DNA of 64,000 nt from Smithella sp. PtaU1.Bin162 (GCA_002068015.1 MVRV01000039.1:755-64754); one strand, 5' to 3'; counted from the stretch's first letter, positions 22,718-31,538 are shown. Notes: generated by a model not told the origin, from the letters alone. Made by a program: numbers and translations.

Positions 22718-23842
22718 TTACAGATTCTGAATTTTTTCGTTATATATTTTTTCCAGTTCGGTCAGGGCTTCCCGAATATCACTCTCATTGATTGTCGGTC
22801 CGCACCAGAAACGGTATCCGGCGGGAGCATCCTTATAGGAATTAATATCATGGGCGATATTTTTTTTGCTTAGTTCCGAGGCGATGCTCTTAAGAAATTT
22901 CCCTTTATCTTCAGCGGGAAGTCCGTTGACTTTATCGCTTGTCACCATCAGACAAACGGAGGTATTTGAGCGTGTTTTGGTATCCCGGGCCAGAAAATCA
23001 ACCCAGCTTGTTTTGGCAACCCAGTCTTCAACCACTTTCAGATTGGCCTTGCTTTTTTTGATGAGACCGCTAAGGCCGATTTCGCCCGCCCATTTCAGGG
23101 CATCAAGATAATCTTCCACGCAAATCATCGATGTGGTGTTGATTACTTCGCCGTCGAAAACAGCACGGTTGATTTTGCCGCTTTTCTTGAGGCGGAAGAT
23201 TTTGGGCAGTGGCCAGGTCGGGTCGTAAGATTCCAGCCGGTCGACTGCCCGGGGACTTAAAACCAGCATGCCGTGGGCGGCTTCTCCACCCAGACATTTT
23301 TGCCAGGAAAAGGTAACCACATCCAGTTTGGCCCAATCCATTTCCATGGCGAAAACGGCGCTTGTAGCATCGCAGATGGAAAGACCTTCCCGGTTGTCCG
23401 GGACCCAGTCCCAGTTGGGTACTTTCACGCCGCTGGTCGTTCCATTGGCGACAAAGACCACGTCATTGGACCAGTCAATGGAGTTCAGGTCGGGCAGTTT
23501 GCCGTAATCGGCTTTTAAAATTTTCGGGTTGAGCTTCAATTGTTTGGCGACATCGGTGGCCCATCCTTCGGAAAAACTTTCCCACACTAAAACCGTAACC
23601 GGTTTTGGCCCCAAAAGGCTCCACATGGCGGCTTCAAAGGCGCCGGTATCGGAAGCGGGCATAATACCGACAAGATAATCCGCCGGAATGTTTAAAATCC
23701 TTTTTGTTTCATTGATTGCTTTGGCTAATCTTTCTTTACCCAGTGCGGAACGGTGTGAACGGCCCACGGGCGCATTCTGGAGCGCATTAAAACTCCAGCC
23801 CGGTCTTTTGCTGCAGGGTCCTGAACTAAAATTGGGGTTCAT
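22718..23842 (-). CDS. serC: Phosphoserine aminotransferase (short/actinobacterial-type)
   Basis: NFSSGPC N-terminus; PLP-enzyme sequence. I prefer the ATG at 23842 (MNPNF) because AAGGA sits 8 nt upstream of it. The track start is 23851. Confidence 0.85.
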   Translation of the reverse strand: MNPNFSSGPCSKRPGWSFNALQNAPVGRSHRSALGKERLAKAINETKRILNIPADYLVGIMPASDTGAFEAAMWSLLGPKPVTVLVWESFSEGWATDVAKQLKLNPKILKADYGKLPDLNSIDWSNDVVFVANGTTSGVKVPNWDWVPDNREGLSICDATSAVFAMEMDWAKLDVVTFSWQKCLGGEAAHGMLVLSPRAVDRLESYDPTWPLPKIFRLKKSGKINRAVFDGEVINTTSMICVEDYLDALKWAGEIGLSGLIKKSKANLKVVEDWVAKTSWVDFLARDTKTRSNTSVCLMVTSDKVNGLPAEDKGKFLKSIASELSKKNIAHDINSYKDAPAGYRFWCGPTINESDIREALTELEKIYNEKIQNL

Positions 23843-24033
23843 AGTACACATCCTTATAAAAAAGTTTGAAAAACAAGCCGCTTTTTATACCAGCAATGAT
23901 AGTTTTACTCAAGATATTTAAAAGTGCCGGTCCGCCTTGCCGCAGCATTAAATCAGGGTACTGCTTTGATAATATAAGTACTGGTAATAAAAGAAATATT
24001 ATTGAATAATGCTTTAGCGTGCTCCCATTGCCG

Positions 24034-24063
24034 TTGACACACAAGAGTCTTTTACCCTATACT
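24034..24063 (+). promoter_or_regulatory. Candidate sigma70 promoter for the cupin/GNAT genes
   Basis: TTGACA (24034-24039), an 18-nt spacer, then TATACT (24058-24063). Confidence 0.4.
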
Positions 24064-24088
24064 TCAAAGCGGAAAGGAGACTGTAAAA

Positions 24089-24436
24089 ATGACGACTCGA
24101 AAAAAACACGATGAGGCGGAAATAATTCCGGCAACTAAATTTAATTTGCAGGATGCCGTGGCCTATCAGGAAAACGCTATTGTCAGTAGAGAAATCGTCA
24201 GTAAAAACACCGGTACGGTCACATGTTTTGCTTTTGCCAAGGGACAGGGTTTGAGCGAACATACTGCTCCTTTTGATGCCCTTGTCTATGTCGTCGACGG
24301 AGAAGTGGAAATACACATTTCCGGGAAGCCTCACTTTTTGAAGGCGGGAGAAACGATCATCATGCCGGCTAATAAACCTCATGCCTTGAAAGCGCTCGAA
24401 AGATTTAAGATGCTGCTGATTATGATTCGATCGTGA
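24089..24436 (+). CDS. Cupin domain protein
   Basis: 115 aa. GxxxxEH..P and G..H.L cupin motifs (GQGLSEHTAP, PANKPHAL). Confidence 0.7.
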   Translation: MTTRKKHDEAEIIPATKFNLQDAVAYQENAIVSREIVSKNTGTVTCFAFAKGQGLSEHTAPFDALVYVVDGEVEIHISGKPHFLKAGETIIMPANKPHALKALERFKMLLIMIRS

Positions 24437-24454
24437 TCGGCGGCAGATAAAGAA

Positions 24455-24955
24455 ATGAGGCTGATTATGGATTGCACGATTGCCTCCGGATATATTCCCG
24501 GTGCCATAGGCAGAGTAACACAGTTACATGCCTGCTATTACCATGATAATTGGAATTTCGGCCTTTATTTTGAAGCAAAGGTAGCCTGCGAGCTTGCGCA
24601 GTTTCTGCAATCCTTCAACCCCGCCTGCGACGGTTTCTGGATTGCCATATGTGACGGCAAAATAATCGGATCGATTGCCGTTGTCGGAGAAAAATCGCCG
24701 CCGCGAAGGGCTAGATTACGTTGGCTCATTCTGGATCCGGAATTTCAGGGCCGGGGATTGGGGAAGCGCCTGATGAGCGGAGCGCTTGACTTTTGCCGGA
24801 AAACCGGTTTCCGGAAAGTCTATCTCACGACATTTGCCGGACTTGATGCTGCCCGCCATTTATACGAGATTGCGGGGTTTCAGCTTACCAATGAGCAGGA
24901 AGGCGCCCAATGGGGCAAAACCGTGACGGAGCAGACTTTTGAACTGATCCTTTGA
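24455..24955 (+). CDS. GNAT family N-acetyltransferase
   Basis: Acetyl-CoA binding motif LDPEFQGRGLGKRLM. The start could instead be the ATG at 24467. Confidence 0.8.
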   Translation: MRLIMDCTIASGYIPGAIGRVTQLHACYYHDNWNFGLYFEAKVACELAQFLQSFNPACDGFWIAICDGKIIGSIAVVGEKSPPRRARLRWLILDPEFQGRGLGKRLMSGALDFCRKTGFRKVYLTTFAGLDAARHLYEIAGFQLTNEQEGAQWGKTVTEQTFELIL

Positions 24956-24976
24956 TTGCCTGGTCTGAAGACGGGA

Positions 24977-25213
24977 TTAATGCCCGCAGGATGAACAGCT
25001 CCCCGAAGAACACGACGAGCATCCGCCGCCTGAGCTTTCGTAACTGCCGGCCGACGATGAAGAGTTTTTGCCGTAGGCAAAATTAGACATCATTTTGCTT
25101 ACTTTTTTGGATTTGCATTTGGGGCAGGCGGTGTTCACCTTTTCACCCATGCTCATCGTCATGACTTCAAATTGTTTTCCACACTTGCCGCACTTATATT
25201 CATATATAGGCAT
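24977..25213 (-). CDS. FmdB-family zinc-ribbon protein with a Cys/Ser-rich tail
   Basis: MPIYEYKCGKCGKQFE...CPKCKS zinc ribbon. Tail GGGCSSCSSGSCSSCGH. Start taken at the MPIYEY methionine rather than the track start. Confidence 0.75.
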   Translation of the reverse strand: MPIYEYKCGKCGKQFEVMTMSMGEKVNTACPKCKSKKVSKMMSNFAYGKNSSSSAGSYESSGGGCSSCSSGSCSSCGH

Positions 25214-25305
25214 AATGAAATTTCCTTTGTGGTTTTTTCTGAATTTAGAGCTTAAGTGCGAAAATGTCAATACCCATGAATCAACCGGATTAAATACCGG
25301 AATGA

Positions 25306-25929
25306 TCAAATGCTTTTAATGCCGAATGTTTTTATCAACCATTTAAGCGGGAAAAGCATGGATACTTTTTGTTGATATGCGCGGTAAGCATCGCCGAATT
25401 CCAGGATAAGCTTGCGTTCTTCCAGCAGCGTGCCGGTTAATGTGTATATGCTGAGGATGATGTTGATGATGAGTGCCGAAATGTCGAGATCACTTGCCCA
25501 CAAAAGCGGGAATATCCCGGCATAAAAAGGATGACGCACTGCGCCCAGAATTCCGCGCGAAGAAAGTTTTCCGCTTTTGTTCATCAGAATATGTTTTGAG
25601 TCGCTTTTAATCTGGGCCAGGCCGATAAAATGAGAGAAACTGTAATGCCGGGCACCCAGGACAAAAAACAAAATTCCGGTAAATAAGAGAAGATATTTAA
25701 CCGGTAACAAATAACCGGACCAGACAAAAAACGGCGGCTCTTTGATCGATAATGAATAAATTACAACCGGAATCAGGGTGACGATGGAAAAAATATTATA
25801 AAATAACCGGTGATAGCGGGAGAGCCTGCCGGCTTTGTTCTGAATAAAGCCGGTGAATGTGACGGAAATGAGGGCGCTGTGCAGCACGCAAAAAGCAATC
25901 CATAAAAAGGACAGGATGAAATATTGCAT
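25306..25929 (-). CDS. Membrane methyltransferase-like protein (isoprenylcysteine carboxyl methyltransferase / NnrU-like family)
   Basis: 207 aa and polytopic. C-terminal RHPFYAG...EERKL..FGDAY.Y motif typical of ICMT-like proteins. Confidence 0.6.
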   Translation of the reverse strand: MQYFILSFLWIAFCVLHSALISVTFTGFIQNKAGRLSRYHRLFYNIFSIVTLIPVVIYSLSIKEPPFFVWSGYLLPVKYLLLFTGILFFVLGARHYSFSHFIGLAQIKSDSKHILMNKSGKLSSRGILGAVRHPFYAGIFPLLWASDLDISALIINIILSIYTLTGTLLEERKLILEFGDAYRAYQQKVSMLFPLKWLIKTFGIKSI

Positions 25930-26099
25930 TGTACCTCGCTCGCTGTAATTAATTTATAACGGATTATCCAGCGGCTGTTTTGTGCAAACTTTTTCGGCTA
26001 TATTTTATTCTAACTTCATCAATCAGACAAAACAATATTCGGAGAAAGGGAAAGAAAAAAGGATTGGCCATTTTTAAAGCTAGACAATCCTTGTTGGTT

Positions 26100-26450
26100 T
26101 TACCGGCCGGGTACAACAAGACGGGAAGCTTCCTCGCGTTCCATCTTTTTGGCCTCTTCAATCATGGCTTGAACTGCTTTTTCAACTGCTTCGGGTAATT
26201 TGGCTGCCGCGTCGTCAAGGTTTTTTGCTCCTTCAATGATGCAATGAACGGGAATCGGACCGTTGGGGGAGGTGAGCTGGGTCATCCCGGCAAAAATAGC
26301 CTCTCTGCTTTCATCGATTGTGCCGTCGCTCTTTACAGGTGTGAGACGTCTTATTGTGGCATTGGTCAGGTCAGTGAAGGATTCTTCCTTGTAAAGGTTT
26401 TGGGAATTTATTTTGATGTTTGTTATTCTGGACTGATCGTTTGTGCTCAT
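26100..26450 (-). CDS. Hypothetical cytoplasmic protein
   Basis: 116 aa starting from MSTNDQ, with AGGAGG 7-8 nt upstream. I recognise no family. Confidence 0.45.
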   Translation of the reverse strand: MSTNDQSRITNIKINSQNLYKEESFTDLTNATIRRLTPVKSDGTIDESREAIFAGMTQLTSPNGPIPVHCIIEGAKNLDDAAAKLPEAVEKAVQAMIEEAKKMEREEASRLVVPGR

Positions 26451-26646
26451 GAACTTTTCCTCCTGAATGTGGTGTTTTGGTTCTGCCCGTAAGGTCAAGC
26501 GGTCTTCTTTCGGGAGCATCGCCCGCTTTCGTACACCTAAAAAGATGAATGGTCAAACGAATATTAGCCGGCAGCGGAAATACCTTCAGGGTAGGGGGAT
26601 AGCCTGGAGGGCAGAGAATTTTCTGTAATCGCGCCCCTGGTTGGGT

Positions 26647-27762
26647 TTAAAGAGAGTTCAGTGCCGCTTCTATTTCGCGGCAAACCAGGTCGTTATCATT
26701 TGCCCGCCGCGCTTCGAGCGCCGCTTTGGATTTTTCTCCGCCCAGTCTGCCCAGTGCCCAGGCGCACATACCGCGAACCGTTTCGTCAGGATTATTCTTA
26801 AGCGCAGTAATCAGTTCCGGAATATAGTCTCTGTCCGTTGTATTTCCCATGGCGCGGGCGGCGTTCATCTGCCATTTTGCCTTGTTTTTTCTCGATATAT
26901 AAAAACAAAGCGGCCAGATCTTTTCGGTGTAGTATTCATCCGTCATGTTAAGAAGCCTCTCCAGCCGGAAGTCAGCGGCCCGCGCTTCAAGCGGGACGTT
27001 TACGGGGAGAGGTTGATTCTCATAAGCTGCGTTGCGGGGACAGACCTGCTGGCAACGATCGCAACCATATACCCATGTGCCCATCGGTTCCCGCAATTCT
27101 GTATCCGTAATGCCGTTTCCGTAATAGGAATTATAGGCGATGCAGCGGTGCGGATTAATTTTCCCCGGCGCATAAATAGCTTTGGTCGGGCAGGCAGCCA
27201 TACAGGCATTGCGGCACCAGGAAGGGCAGTTGTAAGAAATGGTATGCTCATCCGGTTCCAGCTCTCTGTCCATAATCAGCGGAATGATTTCCAGCCAGGA
27301 TGCCCCGCGCATAACCCTGTTGGCGTAGGCAAAACAGTTTTTTCCGTAGTTGGCGACACCGGCCGTGGCTGCCGCCATCCGGGCGGGAATTTCCTGGTCG
27401 AGAAAGAAAAAAATGCCTTCGCTTTTAAGGAAATGGAAATAGGATATGAGCTGCCGGTATTCTTCCTTTTTTTCTTTACGTTCATCCACCTGGTAGCAGC
27501 GGCCGATTCTGCCGGTCATCTCCCGGGGAAACTGATATTTATGATAATTGCGGACAAGGACGACAAGTGATTTGGCCCAGGGATTTTTTGTGGGAATATC
27601 GGCGCCCCGGCGGAGACTGAAGGTGTCGTTTATTGTAAAACTGTACATTTCAGGTGGCCGCGAATCAACCTCCTGAATATAAAGATCCAGTGGTTTCGCC
27701 TCAGCAAATCCGATGTCGGCAAAACCGAGTTCAAGAGCTTTTTCCCGCAACCGGTTTTTCAT
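26647..27762 (-). CDS. queG: QueG-like epoxyqueuosine reductase family protein (corrinoid/2x[4Fe-4S] enzyme with C-terminal HEAT-like repeat)
   Basis: N-terminus LGFADIGFA. FeS motifs CPSWCRNACMAACPTKA and CDRCQQVCPRN. HEAT-like PDETVRGMCAWALGRLG. Confidence 0.7.
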   Translation of the reverse strand: MKNRLREKALELGFADIGFAEAKPLDLYIQEVDSRPPEMYSFTINDTFSLRRGADIPTKNPWAKSLVVLVRNYHKYQFPREMTGRIGRCYQVDERKEKKEEYRQLISYFHFLKSEGIFFFLDQEIPARMAAATAGVANYGKNCFAYANRVMRGASWLEIIPLIMDRELEPDEHTISYNCPSWCRNACMAACPTKAIYAPGKINPHRCIAYNSYYGNGITDTELREPMGTWVYGCDRCQQVCPRNAAYENQPLPVNVPLEARAADFRLERLLNMTDEYYTEKIWPLCFYISRKNKAKWQMNAARAMGNTTDRDYIPELITALKNNPDETVRGMCAWALGRLGGEKSKAALEARRANDNDLVCREIEAALNSL

Positions 27763-27806
27763 GTTTTTCTCCTTGGATAGATTTGATATTGGTTTGCAGC
27801 ATATAT

Positions 27807-28133
27807 TTAAGAGCAGCAGCCGACTTTATTTTTTTGAGCGGGATCGGCGGGATCGATACTGCAGCAGCATTCTCCTCCCTGTCTTCCCAGAAGAGAGTTG
27901 ATGACGGCGGCGGCACAGCCGACACCGCTATTTACGGAAACGGCACCAAACGGACAATTACGGCTGCATGCTCCGCATTCCATGCAGGCGTCGCGGTTTT
28001 GGATTACCACATGAGAACTATTCATTTTAAATACTTGATGGGGACAGACATCGAGACACATTCCGCAGCCGGTGCATTTGTTTTTGTCAAGTGTTAAGGT
28101 TGCCACATCTTTAAGGTAAACCAAGTTATTCAT
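27807..28133 (-). CDS. hgcB: Mercury methylation ferredoxin HgcB
   Basis: 108 aa. CTGCGMCLDVCP and CMECGACSRNCP motifs (the CMECGA signature). Conserved mid Cys (GVGCAAA). C-terminal ECCC and GCCS. GGAGA Shine-Dalgarno sequence 7 nt before the ATG at 28133. Confidence 0.92.
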   Translation of the reverse strand: MNNLVYLKDVATLTLDKNKCTGCGMCLDVCPHQVFKMNSSHVVIQNRDACMECGACSRNCPFGAVSVNSGVGCAAAVINSLLGRQGGECCCSIDPADPAQKNKVGCCS

Positions 28134-28144
28134 TATAATGTCTC

Positions 28145-29305
28145 CTAAGCAATGATTAGCGATGTTATCCATATAGCCAGACCGCAGGCGCCGGCGGCAA
28201 TCTCCGCGGGCAGCGCCCAGCGCATTTCTTTTTTTACTCCGGATAAAGACGTATAAGTGGAACAGCCCGTAAAATTCATAGCCAGATAAGCGGAAATTGC
28301 CGGAACAATCAAAAGCCAGGCGAGTGTTTCGATTCGACCCGTCCATGTCTGTAAATTTACACTGCGGACATAAAGAAGAATGAGGGTGATGAGAAAACCC
28401 AGAAAAAAACCTTTTGCCGCGAAAGCGCGGCCGGGAAGATAAGGCAAAAGCAGCGGATTAAGCACTGCTCCACCGAGGATGGCGCAAAAGAGTGCAAAAA
28501 CAGCAAATAATCCATAGTTCAAGATATTTGTCCAGAATCCGGCGGGGCCGCCTATTCCGCTCAATAAAAAGAAAACCGCAGCGACGATAAAATATGGCTT
28601 TACAGCGGCAAGAAATTCAATGGGAATTAAAACCACTCTGTCTTTTAAAGGAAATGTAATTTCCCGCATTGCCGGTGTTGTTTTCATTCCGGAGTCAAGG
28701 TAAGCCGGTAAATCTTTCGCCCGAATCGGACCGTAGTGAACTTTAAATCCTGAAGCCTGTTTTACCTGATGAGCGGCTACCCCCGGTGCTCCCAGTTGCG
28801 GCAGAATCAAGTTTTTATGGCTCACAATTTTTTTCAGACCGGAGGATTCAATTCTTTTTATCAACTCCACCGTGCCGAATGTTCCTTTGCCGGCGGCGCA
28901 CCAGACATTGATGCCTTTTGTATCCAGCACCAGAATCCAGGCGGTGCGGCCGGGAAGCTCCCGGCGCAGATAATCGAAGCTCATTTTGTAATTGGCGGTA
29001 ACGAGCACCGGCGAGTTATTGCCGGGGTTGCCCAAGGCATAAAGGCCGGGATCAACCATATAATCCATCCGGCCTTTCCCCCAGCGGGCTTTAACTGCTC
29101 CCCAGTGATCCTGGGAGGTAAGCTGCGGTGATACCTGCGGCAGATTGCCGATGCTTGTCTGAATAGAACCCGTAACAAAAGGTTGGTCCAACCGGGGAAT
29201 AATAACCGGGATATCTTTTACGGCTGAACAGCAATTGGATTCCTGCTGAATTACCTGCAATGTTATTGGGCTTTCCGGGCAGGAACAGCTTTTCTTTTTA
29301 TTCAT
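28145..29305 (-). CDS. hgcA: Mercury methylation corrinoid protein HgcA
   Basis: Diagnostic cap-helix motif NVWCAAGK. CFeSP-like corrinoid domain followed by about 5 TM helices. N-terminal extension carrying CSC and NCC. Confidence 0.95.
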   Translation of the reverse strand: MNKKKSCSCPESPITLQVIQQESNCCSAVKDIPVIIPRLDQPFVTGSIQTSIGNLPQVSPQLTSQDHWGAVKARWGKGRMDYMVDPGLYALGNPGNNSPVLVTANYKMSFDYLRRELPGRTAWILVLDTKGINVWCAAGKGTFGTVELIKRIESSGLKKIVSHKNLILPQLGAPGVAAHQVKQASGFKVHYGPIRAKDLPAYLDSGMKTTPAMREITFPLKDRVVLIPIEFLAAVKPYFIVAAVFFLLSGIGGPAGFWTNILNYGLFAVFALFCAILGGAVLNPLLLPYLPGRAFAAKGFFLGFLITLILLYVRSVNLQTWTGRIETLAWLLIVPAISAYLAMNFTGCSTYTSLSGVKKEMRWALPAEIAAGACGLAIWITSLIIA

Positions 29306-29318
29306 GACGATATCCTTC

Positions 29319-29783
29319 CTATTTGCAGCAACTGTATTCGGCAGTTGAATTTTTTATGGCATTGATGAAAACCCGGATGGCACTGAGAACATCCGTTCTT
29401 TTTCCCTCCGGGATATTCCTTGTTATTTTCTGAAAAAATCCGGCCAAACACAGCAAAATTTTCTCATGAGTTTTTTTGCCCTCCGGTGTCAGAAAAAGTG
29501 TTATTGCCCGGGAATCATGGATAGATTTATCCCGTCTTAAAAGGCCTTTTTGGATCAGGGGATTGACCAGACGCGTTGTTGTGCTTTTCTCAACCGCCAG
29601 AATTGTATGCAGATCGGTCATCGGCAGTTCTTCTTTTTCGGCTACGGCATCGAGGATCATAAACTGGTGAAAAGTCACGCCTTCGCAAAAGGCTACATCC
29701 TGACGGCAGCAGCGTGTCACCTGTGCCATCCCCATAAGTATTTCCATTAATTCATTGTCCGCTGCGGACATTTTCAGTTTCAT
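29319..29783 (-). CDS. MarR family transcriptional regulator with vicinal Cys pairs
   Basis: Winged-HTH core (LHTILAVEKSTTTRLVNPLIQKGLL.R). RCC near the N-terminus and SCCK at the C-terminus. Stops 13 nt before hgcA. ATG at 29783 preferred over the TTG track start at 29798. Confidence 0.85.
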   Translation of the reverse strand: MKLKMSAADNELMEILMGMAQVTRCCRQDVAFCEGVTFHQFMILDAVAEKEELPMTDLHTILAVEKSTTTRLVNPLIQKGLLRRDKSIHDSRAITLFLTPEGKKTHEKILLCLAGFFQKITRNIPEGKRTDVLSAIRVFINAIKNSTAEYSCCK

Positions 29784-29817
29784 GGTTGTATGATACAACC
29801 AAAAACATTTTTGTCAA
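29784..29817 (-). promoter_or_regulatory. Promoter plus palindromic operator of marR-hgcAB
   Basis: The minus strand reads TTGACA (29812-29817), a 16-nt spacer, TATCAT (29790-29795), ACAACC, then ATG. The perfect palindrome GGTTGTAT-N-ATACAACC spans 29784-29800. Confidence 0.55.
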
Positions 29818-30008
29818 TATCTTTAATGATATTAATTTCCCAAGCTTAAAATTGGTAAAGAATGCCGTAAAGAATTAAGGTGGTAACTTAAATAATTATT
29901 AATCAATCAATGTAAAAAATAATTTGACAATAACCAAATGATTATGATTATAATCAATATATAGATAGTCAATATAAAAAATGCAACTATAAAGGAGGTG
30001 CCTGCTTC

Positions 30009-30401
30009 ATGAAACTAACTAATCCTGATTATTGGAAGTCATTGATTAATATAGGATTTACAAAAATCCTTGTTTTGAGAGTATTGTCCATATGTCCCAA
30101 CCATGGTTATGGAATATTGAAGGAACTACAATCTATTACTTGTGGCTGTTGTATTCCCACACTGGGAACGATTTATCCTATCCTTAAGGAACTGACACAG
30201 CATGGTTATGCCGAGGTCGGAGAAGATCAGCAACTCAAGGGAGCACAGAAGAGACGGGTCTATACCCTGACGCAATCAGGAGTTGACGCTTATAAGGTGG
30301 CACTGGCGGCATGGCGATCTTCTATTCCTTATGTCTATAAGGCGATAGAAGGCGATGATTTTGTTTTTGCGGAAGAAATGAAGAAAAATAAGACTGAGTA
30401 A
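30009..30401 (+). CDS. PadR family transcriptional regulator with a CGCC insertion
   Basis: HGYGILKEL...GTIYPILKELTQHGY...RRVYTLT is a PadR wHTH. An unusual TCGCC sits just before the recognition region. AGGAGG Shine-Dalgarno sequence. Confidence 0.85.
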   Translation: MKLTNPDYWKSLINIGFTKILVLRVLSICPNHGYGILKELQSITCGCCIPTLGTIYPILKELTQHGYAEVGEDQQLKGAQKRRVYTLTQSGVDAYKVALAAWRSSIPYVYKAIEGDDFVFAEEMKKNKTE

Positions 30402-30422
30402 AAAATATGGGAGGAATTATAT

Positions 30423-31538
30423 ATGTTGGAGTTTAATAATTTTGTCACAGCCGGTAAATTTTTCCTGGTTATTGCCGGTGAGCTTATTCTGATATTTGTT
30501 GCCGTTTCCTTTCTCATTGGACTGCTGACGGAATATCTTCCCCCGTCACGCATCAGAGATTTTTTGTCCAATAAGTTTATCTGGGTGCAATACTTTCTGG
30601 GCGCTGGTCTGGGTGCTATCACACCGTTTTGCTCCTGCTCGACCGTCCCGATCACAGCCGGACTGTTAAAAGGAGGCGTCCCTTTCGGACCCGTCATGGC
30701 CTTTCTTTTTTCCTCGCCGGTTTTGAATCCCGTCATTGTTGCGCTGTTGTTCTCGCTTCTTGGTTATAAAGTTACCTTGATTTATGTCGTTGTCACTTTC
30801 ATCGGTTCCATTACAATGGCGGCGTTACTTTCAAAAATGAGAATGGAAAATCAGGTTAAGTCACTGATTGGTATGGAATCTTCCTGCTGTGGTCAAGCGG
30901 CAAAACCGGATGGTGGAGCCGTGAAATCAGTTGCAGATCCCACGGGTTGCTGTTTTTCCGGCGCCGCCTCACCCGTAACCCTGATCACCCTGCCGACAAT
31001 TCAGGCAGCAGGTAGTTGTTGTGCGAGCAAAGAACCGCCGGTTATGCAAAAGGCTGACCAATCGTCCTGCTGTGCCGTCAGCTTCGATGCGAACACAGGA
31101 AGCGAATCAGAGCGGGTTCCCTTTAAAGAAAAGATGAAAAGAGCATCATTGTCCGCAATCGACACATTCAAGGGAGTGTTCTGGTATCTTCTCCTCGGTG
31201 CCGGGATAGGGGCTTTTATCTATGGATTTTTCCCGCAGGACCTTGTTGTTCAATTGGCGGGGCCGGGAAATCCCTGGTCCATTCCGATCGCAGCGGTTAT
31301 TGGCGTGCCTATGTACATCCGGGCAGAGACCATCATTCCTATAAGTGCTGCATTGGTAGGCAAGGGCATGGGGGTGGGAACAGTTCTTTCCCTTATCATC
31401 GGCGGGGCGGGGGCAAGCATCCCGGAGATCATTATTCTCAGTTCCATGTTCAAAAAGAAACTGATCTTCGCCTTCGTGCTGAATGTTTTTCTGGTCGCAA
31501 TTGTAGCCGGTTATATTGTGAATATTCTCGTTTATTAA
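30423..31538 (+). CDS. ArsP-like/UPF0718 (PF03773-type) permease with a Cys-pair-rich central loop
   Basis: TPFCSCSTVP motif in an early TM helix. The central soluble loop (about nt 30870-31130) contains SSCCGQ, TGCCFS, GSCCAS and SSCCAV. 371 aa and polytopic. Confidence 0.8.
   Translation: MLEFNNFVTAGKFFLVIAGELILIFVAVSFLIGLLTEYLPPSRIRDFLSNKFIWVQYFLGAGLGAITPFCSCSTVPITAGLLKGGVPFGPVMAFLFSSPVLNPVIVALLFSLLGYKVTLIYVVVTFIGSITMAALLSKMRMENQVKSLIGMESSCCGQAAKPDGGAVKSVADPTGCCFSGAASPVTLITLPTIQAAGSCCASKEPPVMQKADQSSCCAVSFDANTGSESERVPFKEKMKRASLSAIDTFKGVFWYLLLGAGIGAFIYGFFPQDLVVQLAGPGNPWSIPIAAVIGVPMYIRAETIIPISAALVGKGMGVGTVLSLIIGGAGASIPEIIILSSMFKKKLIFAFVLNVFLVAIVAGYIVNILVY

Noticed and set aside
26641-27570. 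309-aa ORF on the plus strand
   Set aside because: It is antisense to the QueG-like gene, which has clear FeS and HEAT motifs. The plus-strand product is Arg/Gly/Phe-rich nonsense.
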